IMG/VR virus record: IMGVR_UViG_3300025066_000017 | Reading direction: 5' to 3' (one strand) | From: a virus | Lineage: Duplodnaviria > Heunggongvirae > Uroviricota > Caudoviricetes | Length of the DNA stretch: 64,000 nucleotides | Shown: positions 25,549 to 34,825 of the stretch, in pieces | How the letters are laid out: each line of letters starts with the position of its first letter | Position numbering within the stretch: position 1 is the first letter of the stretch | The notes under the pieces: generated by a model | What the model saw: the letters and a program-made list of their open reading frames with translations, nothing else | What the model was told of the DNA's origin: nothing | The model's database searches: none | Translations under genes and position numbers: made by a program

Positions 25549-28520
25549 TATGGGCGCGGCATTAATCCAGGGAATGCCCAACCATCTCCCAAAATAAAAT
25601 TATTGCTTGTAGCGGAAATTGGGAGTTCTCGCAATGAAATAGTTCCCGCAACACTTCCCAGGTTCGTCGAAGCTATTGATGGGTATAATATCGGATGAAA
25701 ATATGGATTTCCAATAGGGTCATCTGATGGAGCCAATCGTAGCGAGGTCCATTCGACGCTCACCGATGCAGGGTTCCCTGTATTGTCTCTTAGCTCACAA
25801 AATACACCACAAAGCAAAGGAACAACAGGACCAATAAAAGTCGAAACAACAATCCAACTCGAGAGTCCCTCATCGAAATACAAATACTCCCAAGTCTGTC
25901 CCGTTCTCTTGACGCGAAGGCGAATCATGGCTCCTGTCTTCAATGCAAATCCTGGATCAGGGCTATGGGAACCTGAGAAATTATTATGCCCACCAGACAC
26001 GAGATGTCCTAGTGAAGTGCGAATTGTTGCCCCACCCACTAAACCAAGATTCCCTTCCAGTCTCTTATAGAATTTACAAACAGTCGACTTCTCACCCAAT
26101 AAGACCATACCAAAGTCTATATTTTGTGTGACAGGCATATAATCCAAAGCGTTTGTTAGCAACGTCGAAGCAAATGGCATGTTTAGGTAGCCAAGTAACT
26201 CTAGAACAAAGTCGCCTTCGTTTATCCCCACGCTCCTTATGGCGGTGTGCTTGAAGCTCTCGCCCTGAATCCCATCCCATCTGCCATAAGAAATACAAAA
26301 TCCATCCGCAACGCCCGAATTAGAGTCCTGTCCCACAGCGCCACTGTATACGTTTCGACAACGATCCAGACTCGCATTTGTTGTTTCAGTTCTAAATGGA
26401 AACCATCGAGGAAAATCAGACGCCGGGTAGATAGCCTGCATTTCAGTCCCGGGATTTTCCGCTGTAGGAGCATGTCCAAAGCTGCGGACAACGGATGCTG
26501 CAGGGTCTAGCAAATCATAAAAAAGTATAGACACCCAGGATCCACCGTCCCATCCAGAGACCACCTGCACCACCTCATCATCAGCACCTGTCCCCTGGTC
26601 TTGGCAGTATAGATTGTATCCCTTCCCTCCAAAATAATCTGGTGAAGTCCACGTATTGTAGGGGAGGTATGGGGCAGTTGATGCGTTATACGAAGCATCG
26701 CCAGAAAAATCTCTGTGATTTAATGCCCCAAGCAATCTTCCATTTTCATCGGGATTATTAGCCTGGGTCCACCATATGATCTTGTTATAGGAAAGACCCA
26801 CCTGAACCCAGCCTTCACTCGATCTTTTCCAAGGCGAGTAGGACGCGGGGTCCATAGTGAATAGTCTTCGCTCTATGGAGTCCGGAGAATTACTATCCGA
26901 AAGACTCAAAACTCCTGCAAAATACTGACCTTCTCCATACTGAGTCGTTGGAGCTTCTTGTATCCCATATGCAATGTGGACGTTATTGTCATCGAGCCTT
27001 CGTATGTTCACCCCATACGTAATGGCGGGAACGACAGTCTCCGTTGCAATATTCTTCAAACTTCCGACATAGGGGGTCGCCGTATTTGGCAGGCGACGAT
27101 GATCGTAATTCCCGGCAGGGACATAGGTTTCTTTACCGCTAATCCAATGTCGACTTCCCCAGGTCCCTCCCTCCCTGATAATTCTACCCGTTGCCGCATC
27201 GTATGTTGTCGCTAGTTTTCCTATCTGATCTGTTGCAAAGACCATGACTCGATCCCAGCGGAGGGAGAAAAGCCAAATTTCCCCTCGCATGGTTGCCGCG
27301 GATCCACCTGTCTTCTGTCCCTGTGTGTTGCGGGTCAGAACAATGTGTCCCTCTGCGGCATCCATCCATCCAGGAGACCAGTGCGGGAAGTCTTCTCTAT
27401 CCCAATCCTTCCACGTTCCTATATTTTTCCAACGCCGCCAGAGCAAAGGATTATTCGTTGCGTCTGCGTTGATTAGCGCGAGATGACAATTACCAAGATG
27501 GTCTCTCTCCCAATTGACAATGATTTCACTTGGGGCCTCTGACAAAAGACCTGCATCATAGACATTCGCAGGGTCATATGTCTCCAACCACCATGTAGCC
27601 CTTGCTTGCCCAGACCAGCTGCCACCATTCACTTCTACTCGGATGTCAGATAAACGATGTTCTCCAGACGCAACATAAGCTGCGGGGAACTCCGCATGGA
27701 TTCGAGGGACCAAATCAAAAGGCCAGCTTGCTGGGAAAGAGATCGGGGCACTGACAGGAGTCCATGATGCGTTTGTGTAATCCGCATCATTTGGGTCTAA
27801 GGAGAAATATCCACGATATTGACCATTTGTAAAATCGGCTTCTATCGCCACTGTTACTTCGTTGAAGCCTGCTGGTATAGGCTGTGAGCTTCTTACCGTT
27901 GCAACGCCTGCTGTTACATCTCCATGAATAATAGCCATGGGATGTGTTGTGGTATTCACCAACCCGACAAAGATATACTCATTGTCATCTAACACATTTT
28001 GCATCCCCAAAAGAATGCTGTTCTCGATTCCTGTACCTGCAATCTCTCCGGGCAGGAGCATTCTTCCCGACAAAGCCGCTTTTCCGCCCCCAGGTTGGGT
28101 GAAGATCATACTACCCTTGCGGTCATAGGTTTCGGCTACCGGACCTGTGTAGGTTGTATATAGACGTCTTCCAAAGGGAGCATGTGCTACAACATCAATC
28201 CCCCCTTCTGAGAAATCTGCACCAAGCCCCACCCACCGATTTGGGTCGGTGACCTTGTCGGAGAAATCATCGATCATTTCTCGAGGACCCCAGGTTTTAC
28301 CTTTTACTCCCGCCTCATAAAACCAACCATCTGCGCCATATCCACTAAACTCTGCAACACCCAAAGGATTTGCAAAATGACTCGCGGATAAAGGTGCGTG
28401 ACTTCTTGCTATAGGCAAAGTCGATAATCTGTGTATTGTTGGTAGAACCTGTAGAATTCGACCGTCTGTATCGGGCTGGGAAGTGACCACAGTATGAGTG
28501 AGGGGCTTAATAAGGGACAT
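25548..28520 (-). CDS. Tail fibre protein (gpH-like position after baseplate J/I block)
   Basis: 990 aa, Gly/Trp/Tyr/Asn-rich beta composition. Gene order spike-W-J-(I)-fibre matches P2-like baseplate-fibre logic. Confidence 0.5.
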   Translation of the reverse strand: MSLIKPLTHTVVTSQPDTDGRILQVLPTIHRLSTLPIARSHAPLSASHFANPLGVAEFSGYGADGWFYEAGVKGKTWGPREMIDDFSDKVTDPNRWVGLGADFSEGGIDVVAHAPFGRRLYTTYTGPVAETYDRKGSMIFTQPGGGKAALSGRMLLPGEIAGTGIENSILLGMQNVLDDNEYIFVGLVNTTTHPMAIIHGDVTAGVATVRSSQPIPAGFNEVTVAIEADFTNGQYRGYFSLDPNDADYTNASWTPVSAPISFPASWPFDLVPRIHAEFPAAYVASGEHRLSDIRVEVNGGSWSGQARATWWLETYDPANVYDAGLLSEAPSEIIVNWERDHLGNCHLALINADATNNPLLWRRWKNIGTWKDWDREDFPHWSPGWMDAAEGHIVLTRNTQGQKTGGSAATMRGEIWLFSLRWDRVMVFATDQIGKLATTYDAATGRIIREGGTWGSRHWISGKETYVPAGNYDHRRLPNTATPYVGSLKNIATETVVPAITYGVNIRRLDDNNVHIAYGIQEAPTTQYGEGQYFAGVLSLSDSNSPDSIERRLFTMDPASYSPWKRSSEGWVQVGLSYNKIIWWTQANNPDENGRLLGALNHRDFSGDASYNASTAPYLPYNTWTSPDYFGGKGYNLYCQDQGTGADDEVVQVVSGWDGGSWVSILFYDLLDPAASVVRSFGHAPTAENPGTEMQAIYPASDFPRWFPFRTETTNASLDRCRNVYSGAVGQDSNSGVADGFCISYGRWDGIQGESFKHTAIRSVGINEGDFVLELLGYLNMPFASTLLTNALDYMPVTQNIDFGMVLLGEKSTVCKFYKRLEGNLGLVGGATIRTSLGHLVSGGHNNFSGSHSPDPGFALKTGAMIRLRVKRTGQTWEYLYFDEGLSSWIVVSTFIGPVVPLLCGVFCELRDNTGNPASVSVEWTSLRLAPSDDPIGNPYFHPILYPSIASTNLGSVAGTISLRELPISATSNNFILGDGWAFPGLMPRP

Positions 28521-28608
28521 AGTCTTTGGATCCTAAGTTTTGTGTCTTTTTGGCTTCGACAAAGAAAACTATAGTGGATCTGAAGACAATAGAAAAAGAG
28601 AAAAAACT

Positions 28609-29049
28609 TTAAGGTTTCGAGTTTTTCTTTTTTGGAAGGAGCTTGGCAGGAGTTTTTAAAGGGAGGCTTGTGGGGATCATTCTCTTGGATACTTTTCTTA
28701 TTCCTTTTTCACAATGCTTGAGTTTTTTTCTCATTCCTTTGAGGATTTTTTTGATTTGTTGGGACATTTTACTTTTTAGAGGAATCTTGAATCGCTTTCT
28801 AACAAGATGACGTTTCTTGCGAGATCGCTTTCTTTTTTTTATGCGATTGAGAAACTTCTGCATCATTTTTTGATGCACGTTGAGCTTTTTTTTGCCCTTT
28901 GCATCGGGTTTACTTTGGGGTACGAACAAAAGCAGGGCGAGGAGACCCACGAGAAACCCGATAAAGCATTGTTGCAACACGATCAATCGCGGTCTTGAGG
29001 TCTCTGAGAGATGTGACGATTCCATTGACTTGGCCCTCCACTTTGGCAA
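28609..29049 (-). CDS. Possible highly basic Lys/Arg-rich protein with N-terminal TM segment (uncertain)
   Basis: KKRKRSRKKRHLVRKRFKIPLKSK.... The plus strand is T-rich here, so this may instead be an A-rich non-coding leader. Overlaps ORF 28910-29296 in another frame. Confidence 0.25.
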   Translation of the reverse strand: MPKWRAKSMESSHLSETSRPRLIVLQQCFIGFLVGLLALLLFVPQSKPDAKGKKKLNVHQKMMQKFLNRIKKRKRSRKKRHLVRKRFKIPLKSKMSQQIKKILKGMRKKLKHCEKGIRKVSKRMIPTSLPLKTPAKLLPKKKNSKP

Positions 29050-29296
29050 TTTCTACCTTATTGTTTTGAACATCAGAGAACTTCTTCAGAATCGCAGAAG
29101 TGACTTGCTCAAGCCGGGTAATATCTTTGCGAAAAACTTCCACCTCGCGCTTTAGTTTATCACTACCCGTATTCTCTTTGGTTTTGAGAACACTTACATC
29201 GGTATACAACTTTGCAGCGAATATAATGGTGGGGATTACCAGAGCTTGTAACCCCCACTGAATCCACTTCCCCCAGTTTTCATTAAGGCCACTCAT
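28910..29296 (-). CDS. Small membrane-anchored coiled-coil protein
   Basis: N-terminal TM WIQWGLQALVIPTIIFAAKLY, followed by a helical charged region. A 10-nt gap separates it from the J-like gene. Confidence 0.4.
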   Translation of the reverse strand: MSGLNENWGKWIQWGLQALVIPTIIFAAKLYTDVSVLKTKENTGSDKLKREVEVFRKDITRLEQVTSAILKKFSDVQNNKVEIAKVEGQVNGIVTSLRDLKTAIDRVATMLYRVSRGSPRPAFVRTPK

Positions 29297-29306
29297 GCTT
29301 CGACTC

Positions 29307-30971
29307 CTAAGATACTAAAATTTGCAAATTCTCCAGATCCGGCATTTCATCTTCAAGCATTACAATATCAGTTGTCGGAGCAAGCGCTTGCAAGTTATAC
29401 ATTCCCTCTACTGCCATCCCTCTTTCTATAATTTCGGCTCGAATAATATCGCTTCCTATCTGAAGCTCCGTATAATATCGCTCCACCGCATTTGCGACGA
29501 GTGGTGCCAATGTTGTTTCTGAGTACCCAGGCTTTGCTTGGATTGCTATACGAATTGGGTCTATTTTTCGAGGTCGTGGCATAGTAACAAGAACCTTCAC
29601 TCCCTCTGCGGCTATGCCTGGAAATACAGTTGGATCTGTGACATATCCATTGATATGCTTTTGAACAAGCTCAATCATCCCCGTATAGTGGGTATAAGAA
29701 GTTGCTCTTATCTTGTCACCCTTTGATAGTCCTGGATCTGCAATCTGAATATCTCCATTCATCTCGTTGAGAAAATAATCAGTTCCTAGTGTTATGGGTA
29801 TATAGCCAGCGGCACCCACGGCTTGTTTTTCTAAAATAAGCGATCCGGGAACAATCGCTATCTTGCCCAGCCTGAAGAAGCGTTGCCCGTCTTCGGCGCT
29901 CGTTGTTATTTGCTCATTCGTAATCTTTGCAGATGTTACAAAGTCAAAACCACCGGGCCACATATACAAATAAACAAAATCTCTGAGGGTGTTAGGCGAA
30001 AAGAACATACGCGATTTAGCAGATTGAACACGAAACTTCTTTCCCGAAGACATTGTGTACTCAATACCTAATATCAATTGCTCAATCGCAAGCTTTGTGG
30101 ATTTCGCGAGAGTTCGATGATAGGTTCTGGCCCTCGAGAGAAATTGAGCATCTGACTCCACATCTCTTCCACCTGATATGGGAGCGTCATTTCTTATCTT
30201 TGCTCCATCAAAAGGAGCCGAACCAACGAACTCTGTGACCCCATCTATGCCAGATGTTATATTTCCAACAATCCCCGGCGTGCTCGAGACTACCGCTATA
30301 GGATCACTCTCGTAGTTGCCTGCAGAAATCTCCCAATCCTGTGCAAAGGTAACACTGCGGGAGGGGAGAGACCCAGATGCGGGAGACCGCGCCTGTTGCC
30401 CCGCCGTTCCAGAAAGAGACGCACCCTGCACTAATGAAATCCTCTCACCTCTAGCGTGAGAGTGCTGCAGCGCATCAATTGTAAAGTTTCCCGTTACAGA
30501 ATCATTCGCGCTCACAGTTCTGTCTTCAACTGTGGACAGGCCCTCCCCAATCCGAATTGTATAGGGTGCTTGTGAAGATGGTGGAAATGGAAGACTTGAG
30601 ACGCCTTGGATGACTGTATTTCCCTTCGAAGCCCCCGTGGAAACAAATGTTGTAACAAGGCGTGTATTCTCTAGAACTATGTGCCCTGCTGCGCTCAACG
30701 ATCCTAGACGCACTTGGTTGTATTCTACCAAGCGTTCATCCAGAAGAGTACCCTTCACATTTGATAAATTCCACAGACGCAGAAGATCTATCATTTGCTT
30801 ATATTGTTCATCATCCTCCCAGGCCGCGGCTTCCAAAATGGTTCTTATCAGTGAGCCGATATTGAAATCCGTGAGACGAGGAGCAACTGTTCTAACGAAG
30901 TTGATCATCTCCTGTAGAATTTGCTCAAAGGTCCGAGGAGTGAATTGGGGAAGAGGCATCATAAACTCCAA
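29307..30971 (-). CDS. Baseplate protein, J-like (gp6/gpJ-like by position and size)
   Basis: 554-aa ORF directly after the gp25/GPW-like gene. The palindrome lies about 14 nt upstream of the start. Call rests on synteny only. Confidence 0.45.
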   Translation of the reverse strand: MEFMMPLPQFTPRTFEQILQEMINFVRTVAPRLTDFNIGSLIRTILEAAAWEDDEQYKQMIDLLRLWNLSNVKGTLLDERLVEYNQVRLGSLSAAGHIVLENTRLVTTFVSTGASKGNTVIQGVSSLPFPPSSQAPYTIRIGEGLSTVEDRTVSANDSVTGNFTIDALQHSHARGERISLVQGASLSGTAGQQARSPASGSLPSRSVTFAQDWEISAGNYESDPIAVVSSTPGIVGNITSGIDGVTEFVGSAPFDGAKIRNDAPISGGRDVESDAQFLSRARTYHRTLAKSTKLAIEQLILGIEYTMSSGKKFRVQSAKSRMFFSPNTLRDFVYLYMWPGGFDFVTSAKITNEQITTSAEDGQRFFRLGKIAIVPGSLILEKQAVGAAGYIPITLGTDYFLNEMNGDIQIADPGLSKGDKIRATSYTHYTGMIELVQKHINGYVTDPTVFPGIAAEGVKVLVTMPRPRKIDPIRIAIQAKPGYSETTLAPLVANAVERYYTELQIGSDIIRAEIIERGMAVEGMYNLQALAPTTDIVMLEDEMPDLENLQILVS

Positions 30972-30984
30972 AATGAAATAAAAA

Positions 30985-31003
30985 AACTTTAGACTCTAAA
31001 GAT
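30985..31003. promoter_or_regulatory. Palindrome variant AACTTTAGACTCTAAAGAT, copy 8
   Basis: 14 nt upstream of the start (30971) of the J-like gene. Confidence 0.65.
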
Positions 31004-31006
31004 TCT

Positions 31007-32824
31007 TTATTTTTTTATGTCTAGTGAAACACTGTCGTCCAAGTATATAGGGATGATTTGTCCCTGTATTTCGAGAATATCCCCGTCAACGAGTACATGC
31101 AATTTCTCGATTTTGTCAACGCGGGGATCTTGAACAAACGTGTTGTAAACTTGCAGATGAGCCTTCGCAGCCGTGTCTATCTCCAAACCCTCTCCCGCAT
31201 CCAATGCCAGCCCGTACCATGGATGCGCAACCAAATCTCCTGGCTTTCTTCGAACCTTTAGAATAGCTGCTTGTCGCAGATTCTCTAACCCCTCCACCAC
31301 ATCGATATCACCATTACTTGAAGCAACATCTCCGTTAGCTTCATTCATTCGTAAGTCACGACCATATCGGTAGACATCTATTTGGCTTCCATCCGGAGAG
31401 AACACCTGATTCTCTAAATCAACATTAGGTTGCGATGGTATTTTTATCGGGTCTCCCGGACGAAGAACTGATACTCCGTCACCTTGTTGGTGGATATAAG
31501 GAGGCTGCAAACCATTCAATAAAACAATCTCTTTCCATCGAGAAGAACTTCCCAAATAATGTTTGGCGATATTGTAGATTGTTGTTCTCGCTCGAGGAAC
31601 ATTTCTGATAATAGAACCACTCGGAATTCGATGACCACCCACAGAATTCCCAGATCCATTATCCACTATGCCATTGGGATATTGCTCTCTCGGATCCACG
31701 TTTGGATTATTGTACGCAGAGGCAAAATCATCGGCTTGTTGGTTTATATCAGAACCAGACTGTGCAACGCTTAGTGAAACATATAACTCACTCGCCATTC
31801 TCGCCATATGTCTAAATTGTATCGCAACATCATTATAGACATTCCCCACACCCTTTATGCTCTTGACGTCATCCAAAACACCTATTGCATTCAAGCATGT
31901 TCTGTGAACATTTTGTGCAATCCTGGCCGGAAACTCTGCCACACTCTTTACAGATTGAAGCGCCCCACGAACAACATCTGTAATCGCATTAACAGGAGAA
32001 AGAACAGTCGTGACAATGTTTTGTCCTAAATCTAGTGCCGAATTTGTTATGCGAGAAATAGAGTCTGTTACTGCTCCCAAAAGCTGCTCGAACTGTTTCA
32101 TCTTCTGGAAGAAGTATTGCAACCCTTTTGGTGTATTTGGCTTTGGAAGAAAGTCCTTGATGTTGAATGTGGCATGTAGTGGTGAAATTAATCTCAGGGT
32201 CAGGGCATAGGATATACGAAACTTGTCCTTCGGTACTGTTCGGCTGCGTCTGAAACGAAGCGGTTGGCACATATATACTTCGCCCATTCTCCAATTGGCA
32301 TACACCATGATTGTATAAGCCGCATGAGTTCTTGTTTTTTTCCTATCCCAATAATATCGAAACAAATTTTGTAAATCGATAATACGATCAAGACCTGTCC
32401 GCTCTTTTCTCGGAATACCTCGACTGCTTTGCTGCCTACCTGTCAAAGCCGCGACCGCATTTCCGATCTGCTCCGCTGACTTCTTTATGCCCAAAATGTC
32501 ATTGTTTTGACCTGTCGTGTAACTTCTTGTCGGCCTAAAACCAAAATTCCCAGAAAGCTGAACCATCTTGAAATATTGTCCACGCTCATCCAAATAGACA
32601 CCACCCTCCTGCATTGCCATAGCTTCCGCTGCGGCAGTCTCATCTAACTCCATTTGCATAGGAGGAATATCGAAACCAAAATATCTACTTTCGTCTGGAG
32701 TTCGCAAATCTAAGACATAGAAAGCATAGAGAGCAACAGGTTTCTTCTTATTGCTCGGCTGCGCTTGAATGTTTTGCAAATTGCGAAGCGAATCCGAGAA
32801 AACTATTTCAGTACTGGTGCTCAT
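31007..32824 (-). CDS. Baseplate wedge protein with C-terminal gp25/GPW-like domain fused to a ~480-aa N-terminal extension
   Basis: C-terminal DVVEGLENLRQAAILKVRRKPGDLVAHPWYGLALDAGEGLEIDTAAKAHLQVYNTFVQDPRVDKIEKLHVLVDGDILEIQGQI matches the GPW/gp25 pattern (vsGlenlrQai..RL.T..GE...hP.YG..l......p.d..t...i...v..al...EPRi.v..v.v). Confidence 0.6.
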   Translation of the reverse strand: MSTSTEIVFSDSLRNLQNIQAQPSNKKKPVALYAFYVLDLRTPDESRYFGFDIPPMQMELDETAAAEAMAMQEGGVYLDERGQYFKMVQLSGNFGFRPTRSYTTGQNNDILGIKKSAEQIGNAVAALTGRQQSSRGIPRKERTGLDRIIDLQNLFRYYWDRKKTRTHAAYTIMVYANWRMGEVYMCQPLRFRRSRTVPKDKFRISYALTLRLISPLHATFNIKDFLPKPNTPKGLQYFFQKMKQFEQLLGAVTDSISRITNSALDLGQNIVTTVLSPVNAITDVVRGALQSVKSVAEFPARIAQNVHRTCLNAIGVLDDVKSIKGVGNVYNDVAIQFRHMARMASELYVSLSVAQSGSDINQQADDFASAYNNPNVDPREQYPNGIVDNGSGNSVGGHRIPSGSIIRNVPRARTTIYNIAKHYLGSSSRWKEIVLLNGLQPPYIHQQGDGVSVLRPGDPIKIPSQPNVDLENQVFSPDGSQIDVYRYGRDLRMNEANGDVASSNGDIDVVEGLENLRQAAILKVRRKPGDLVAHPWYGLALDAGEGLEIDTAAKAHLQVYNTFVQDPRVDKIEKLHVLVDGDILEIQGQIIPIYLDDSVSLDIKK

Positions 32825-32834
32825 CTTTTAATTC

Positions 32835-33140
32835 CTATGGAACCGGTGGTTTGGGTATTGGGGGCAAGGATGACTGTGGATCAGGTAGTGTTGGTAAAGG
32901 ACAATTACAAAGCGCATATCGCTTGAGCAATTCTACACGTTTCTCGACACGAAGTTTAGCTGCCGCTGCCTGATCTAGTAAACGTTGTTTCGCTTCCAAC
33001 CCTCGTAAAGTTGCTCTTACTGCAGGCAACTCCGCAACACGCTTCGCAGCATTTTTCACGACATTGCTCAAAAAACCAGACACATCTGGCATTTCTTTTG
33101 GTTCTGGAATCTCACAGGAGGGATTGGGTATTCTGCTCAT
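32835..33140 (-). CDS. Hypothetical baseplate-module protein
   Basis: 101-aa ORF with a 4-nt overlap with the upstream gene. Confidence 0.4.
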   Translation of the reverse strand: MSRIPNPSCEIPEPKEMPDVSGFLSNVVKNAAKRVAELPAVRATLRGLEAKQRLLDQAAAAKLRVEKRVELLKRYALCNCPLPTLPDPQSSLPPIPKPPVP

Positions 33141-33820
33141 TTATCCTTATCCTTTCTAGGGCTAAAGGTCTTTGTATCAAACGAAAAGTTGATAGAATAA
33201 TGCGTCGGTTCTGAATTTTCATCGAAACGATCATCATCGTTATAAGTGAGCTTTTCTTTGACTTCTATCCCAAAGAAACCCAGACGAGATGCCTCTTCCA
33301 TAAGAAGCCTTATTTTTAGTAGTTGGTTCACAAAGACATCGGATGCAGTAAGGTTGTCTTTGATCGGTTCTTGTAAGACTGTAGCCAGTCGATGGACCAA
33401 AAAATGACGTTGTTCGTCTGAAATACTTGGAAGGTTGTCGTTTGTATCAGGAAGAACTGCGGGGAGATCTTCGACTCCCTCCCGGATGACATCCAGAGGA
33501 CAGTTCTCTTCCTCCGTTGTTGCAATTTTTGCCTTCAGGGCGATAAGAACATCTGCATCGACCTCTATTTCCTCTGGCACAAAAGTGATAGAAGCTTCGT
33601 TTAGACTTTTATTATCTATCTGAAGATCTAAACGTTTAAGATGCTTTATCCTTTTTCCATCAATAGAAACAACAACATCTCTACCAACAAGACCACGACC
33701 TGTAAATTCCCGGTTGCTCTGTATGGTAAGCTTACTCATCTCTTTATTCTCCATATAAAACTTTTGTTGAATTGGCCTGCGATATAACCAATGCTTCCAA
33801 TGCAGTAACAATCCCTTCAA
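33137..33820 (-). CDS. Hypothetical baseplate-module protein
   Basis: 227-aa ORF. The true start is probably the internal Met (MSKLTIQ..., about 33739), which avoids overlap with the spike gene. Confidence 0.45.
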   Translation of the reverse strand: MKGLLLHWKHWLYRRPIQQKFYMENKEMSKLTIQSNREFTGRGLVGRDVVVSIDGKRIKHLKRLDLQIDNKSLNEASITFVPEEIEVDADVLIALKAKIATTEEENCPLDVIREGVEDLPAVLPDTNDNLPSISDEQRHFLVHRLATVLQEPIKDNLTASDVFVNQLLKIRLLMEEASRLGFFGIEVKEKLTYNDDDRFDENSEPTHYSINFSFDTKTFSPRKDKDK

Positions 33821-34802
33821 AAGAAAGCTTGCTTCCAGTGGCGGGATCTGTGGCTTTAGCAGCAGCTTTAAACATAGCCAATAATGCCGAGACGAACGAG
33901 TCCATCAAAAGGGGATTAGGATCCCCCCCAGCGGTAGCTGTTATCTGTTCTGCTAGAATATGGTTCTCTTTTGCCAGAATACTTGTCGCGCCCCCAGGTG
34001 AAGAGATGGTAATGCCACTCCCACTGATCTCAACAAAAGACTCTCCGTTGTTTGCCGTCACTCCATCTTTATCAATGGTAAGAGTGACCCCATCCTTGTT
34101 TTGAATGGAGATATCCCCCTTTTCATCAATCAATACCAGGGCACCTTTTGAGTGCTTTAGGGAAAACTCTTCTCCCCTAAGTTGAAGATAATGACCTGCT
34201 CGATGCGTGAGTGTGAACTCACCATTTTTATCGATCTTCTGTTCTGTCCCATTTCTTCTAAGAACCCAACGGACCCCATCCTCCGTGGTTGCTGCGTCTT
34301 GCAGGTTATACGGTGATGGGTACCAATCTTGTACAAAAGGTTGCTCCTGGAGACCCCCTATAAAATTCACCAAAACCCAATCACCCGATAATGCTTCTAT
34401 ACCAGAGAAGTCGTGTGGGTTTCTGAATCTCTCCACTTCATCTGGTGTACTTCCTCTTGGAACATCTTCTGTCCAATCTGCAAACGTATTCTCATCCACT
34501 CCTTTCGTGGAGCATCTTCCCTTTGGAATAATTAAGCAATTAGGCAATGTGATCCCCATTGCTTGGTCGCCATGGATAACAAAAACAGTAGCTTCCAGAT
34601 AAGGAGCCTTTGCTCCCGAACCAGACTTGGCTTGCATTGACTGATACCAATGGTTCCCACCATCATCCGCAGGATGCACTGACAATATGATTCCTATCCA
34701 CGGTCCACTAACATGATTTACGCCAGAATGTTCTTCATGAAATCCCAAAATACCATACTGAATAGGATCCCCATTTTCATCAAAAAACATAATCTTCTCC
34801 AA
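33744..34802 (-). CDS. Baseplate central spike protein (P2 gpV / T4 gp5-like)
   Basis: C-terminal beta-helical repeat region TLTHRAGHYLQLRGEEFSLKHSKGALVLIDEKGDISIQNKDGVTLTIDKDGVTANNGESFVEISGSGITISSPGG is typical of gpV/gp5 spike proteins. Probable ATG start at 34790. Palindrome at 34805-34823 immediately upstream. Confidence 0.55.
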   Translation of the reverse strand: MEKIMFFDENGDPIQYGILGFHEEHSGVNHVSGPWIGIILSVHPADDGGNHWYQSMQAKSGSGAKAPYLEATVFVIHGDQAMGITLPNCLIIPKGRCSTKGVDENTFADWTEDVPRGSTPDEVERFRNPHDFSGIEALSGDWVLVNFIGGLQEQPFVQDWYPSPYNLQDAATTEDGVRWVLRRNGTEQKIDKNGEFTLTHRAGHYLQLRGEEFSLKHSKGALVLIDEKGDISIQNKDGVTLTIDKDGVTANNGESFVEISGSGITISSPGGATSILAKENHILAEQITATAGGDPNPLLMDSFVSALLAMFKAAAKATDPATGSKLSFEGIVTALEALVISQANSTKVLYGE

Positions 34803-34804
34803 AA

Positions 34805-34823
34805 ATCTTTAGACTCTAAAGAT
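34805..34823. promoter_or_regulatory. Palindrome copy 9
   Basis: About 15 nt upstream of the spike gene ATG (34790). Confidence 0.7.
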
Positions 34824-34825
34824 TT

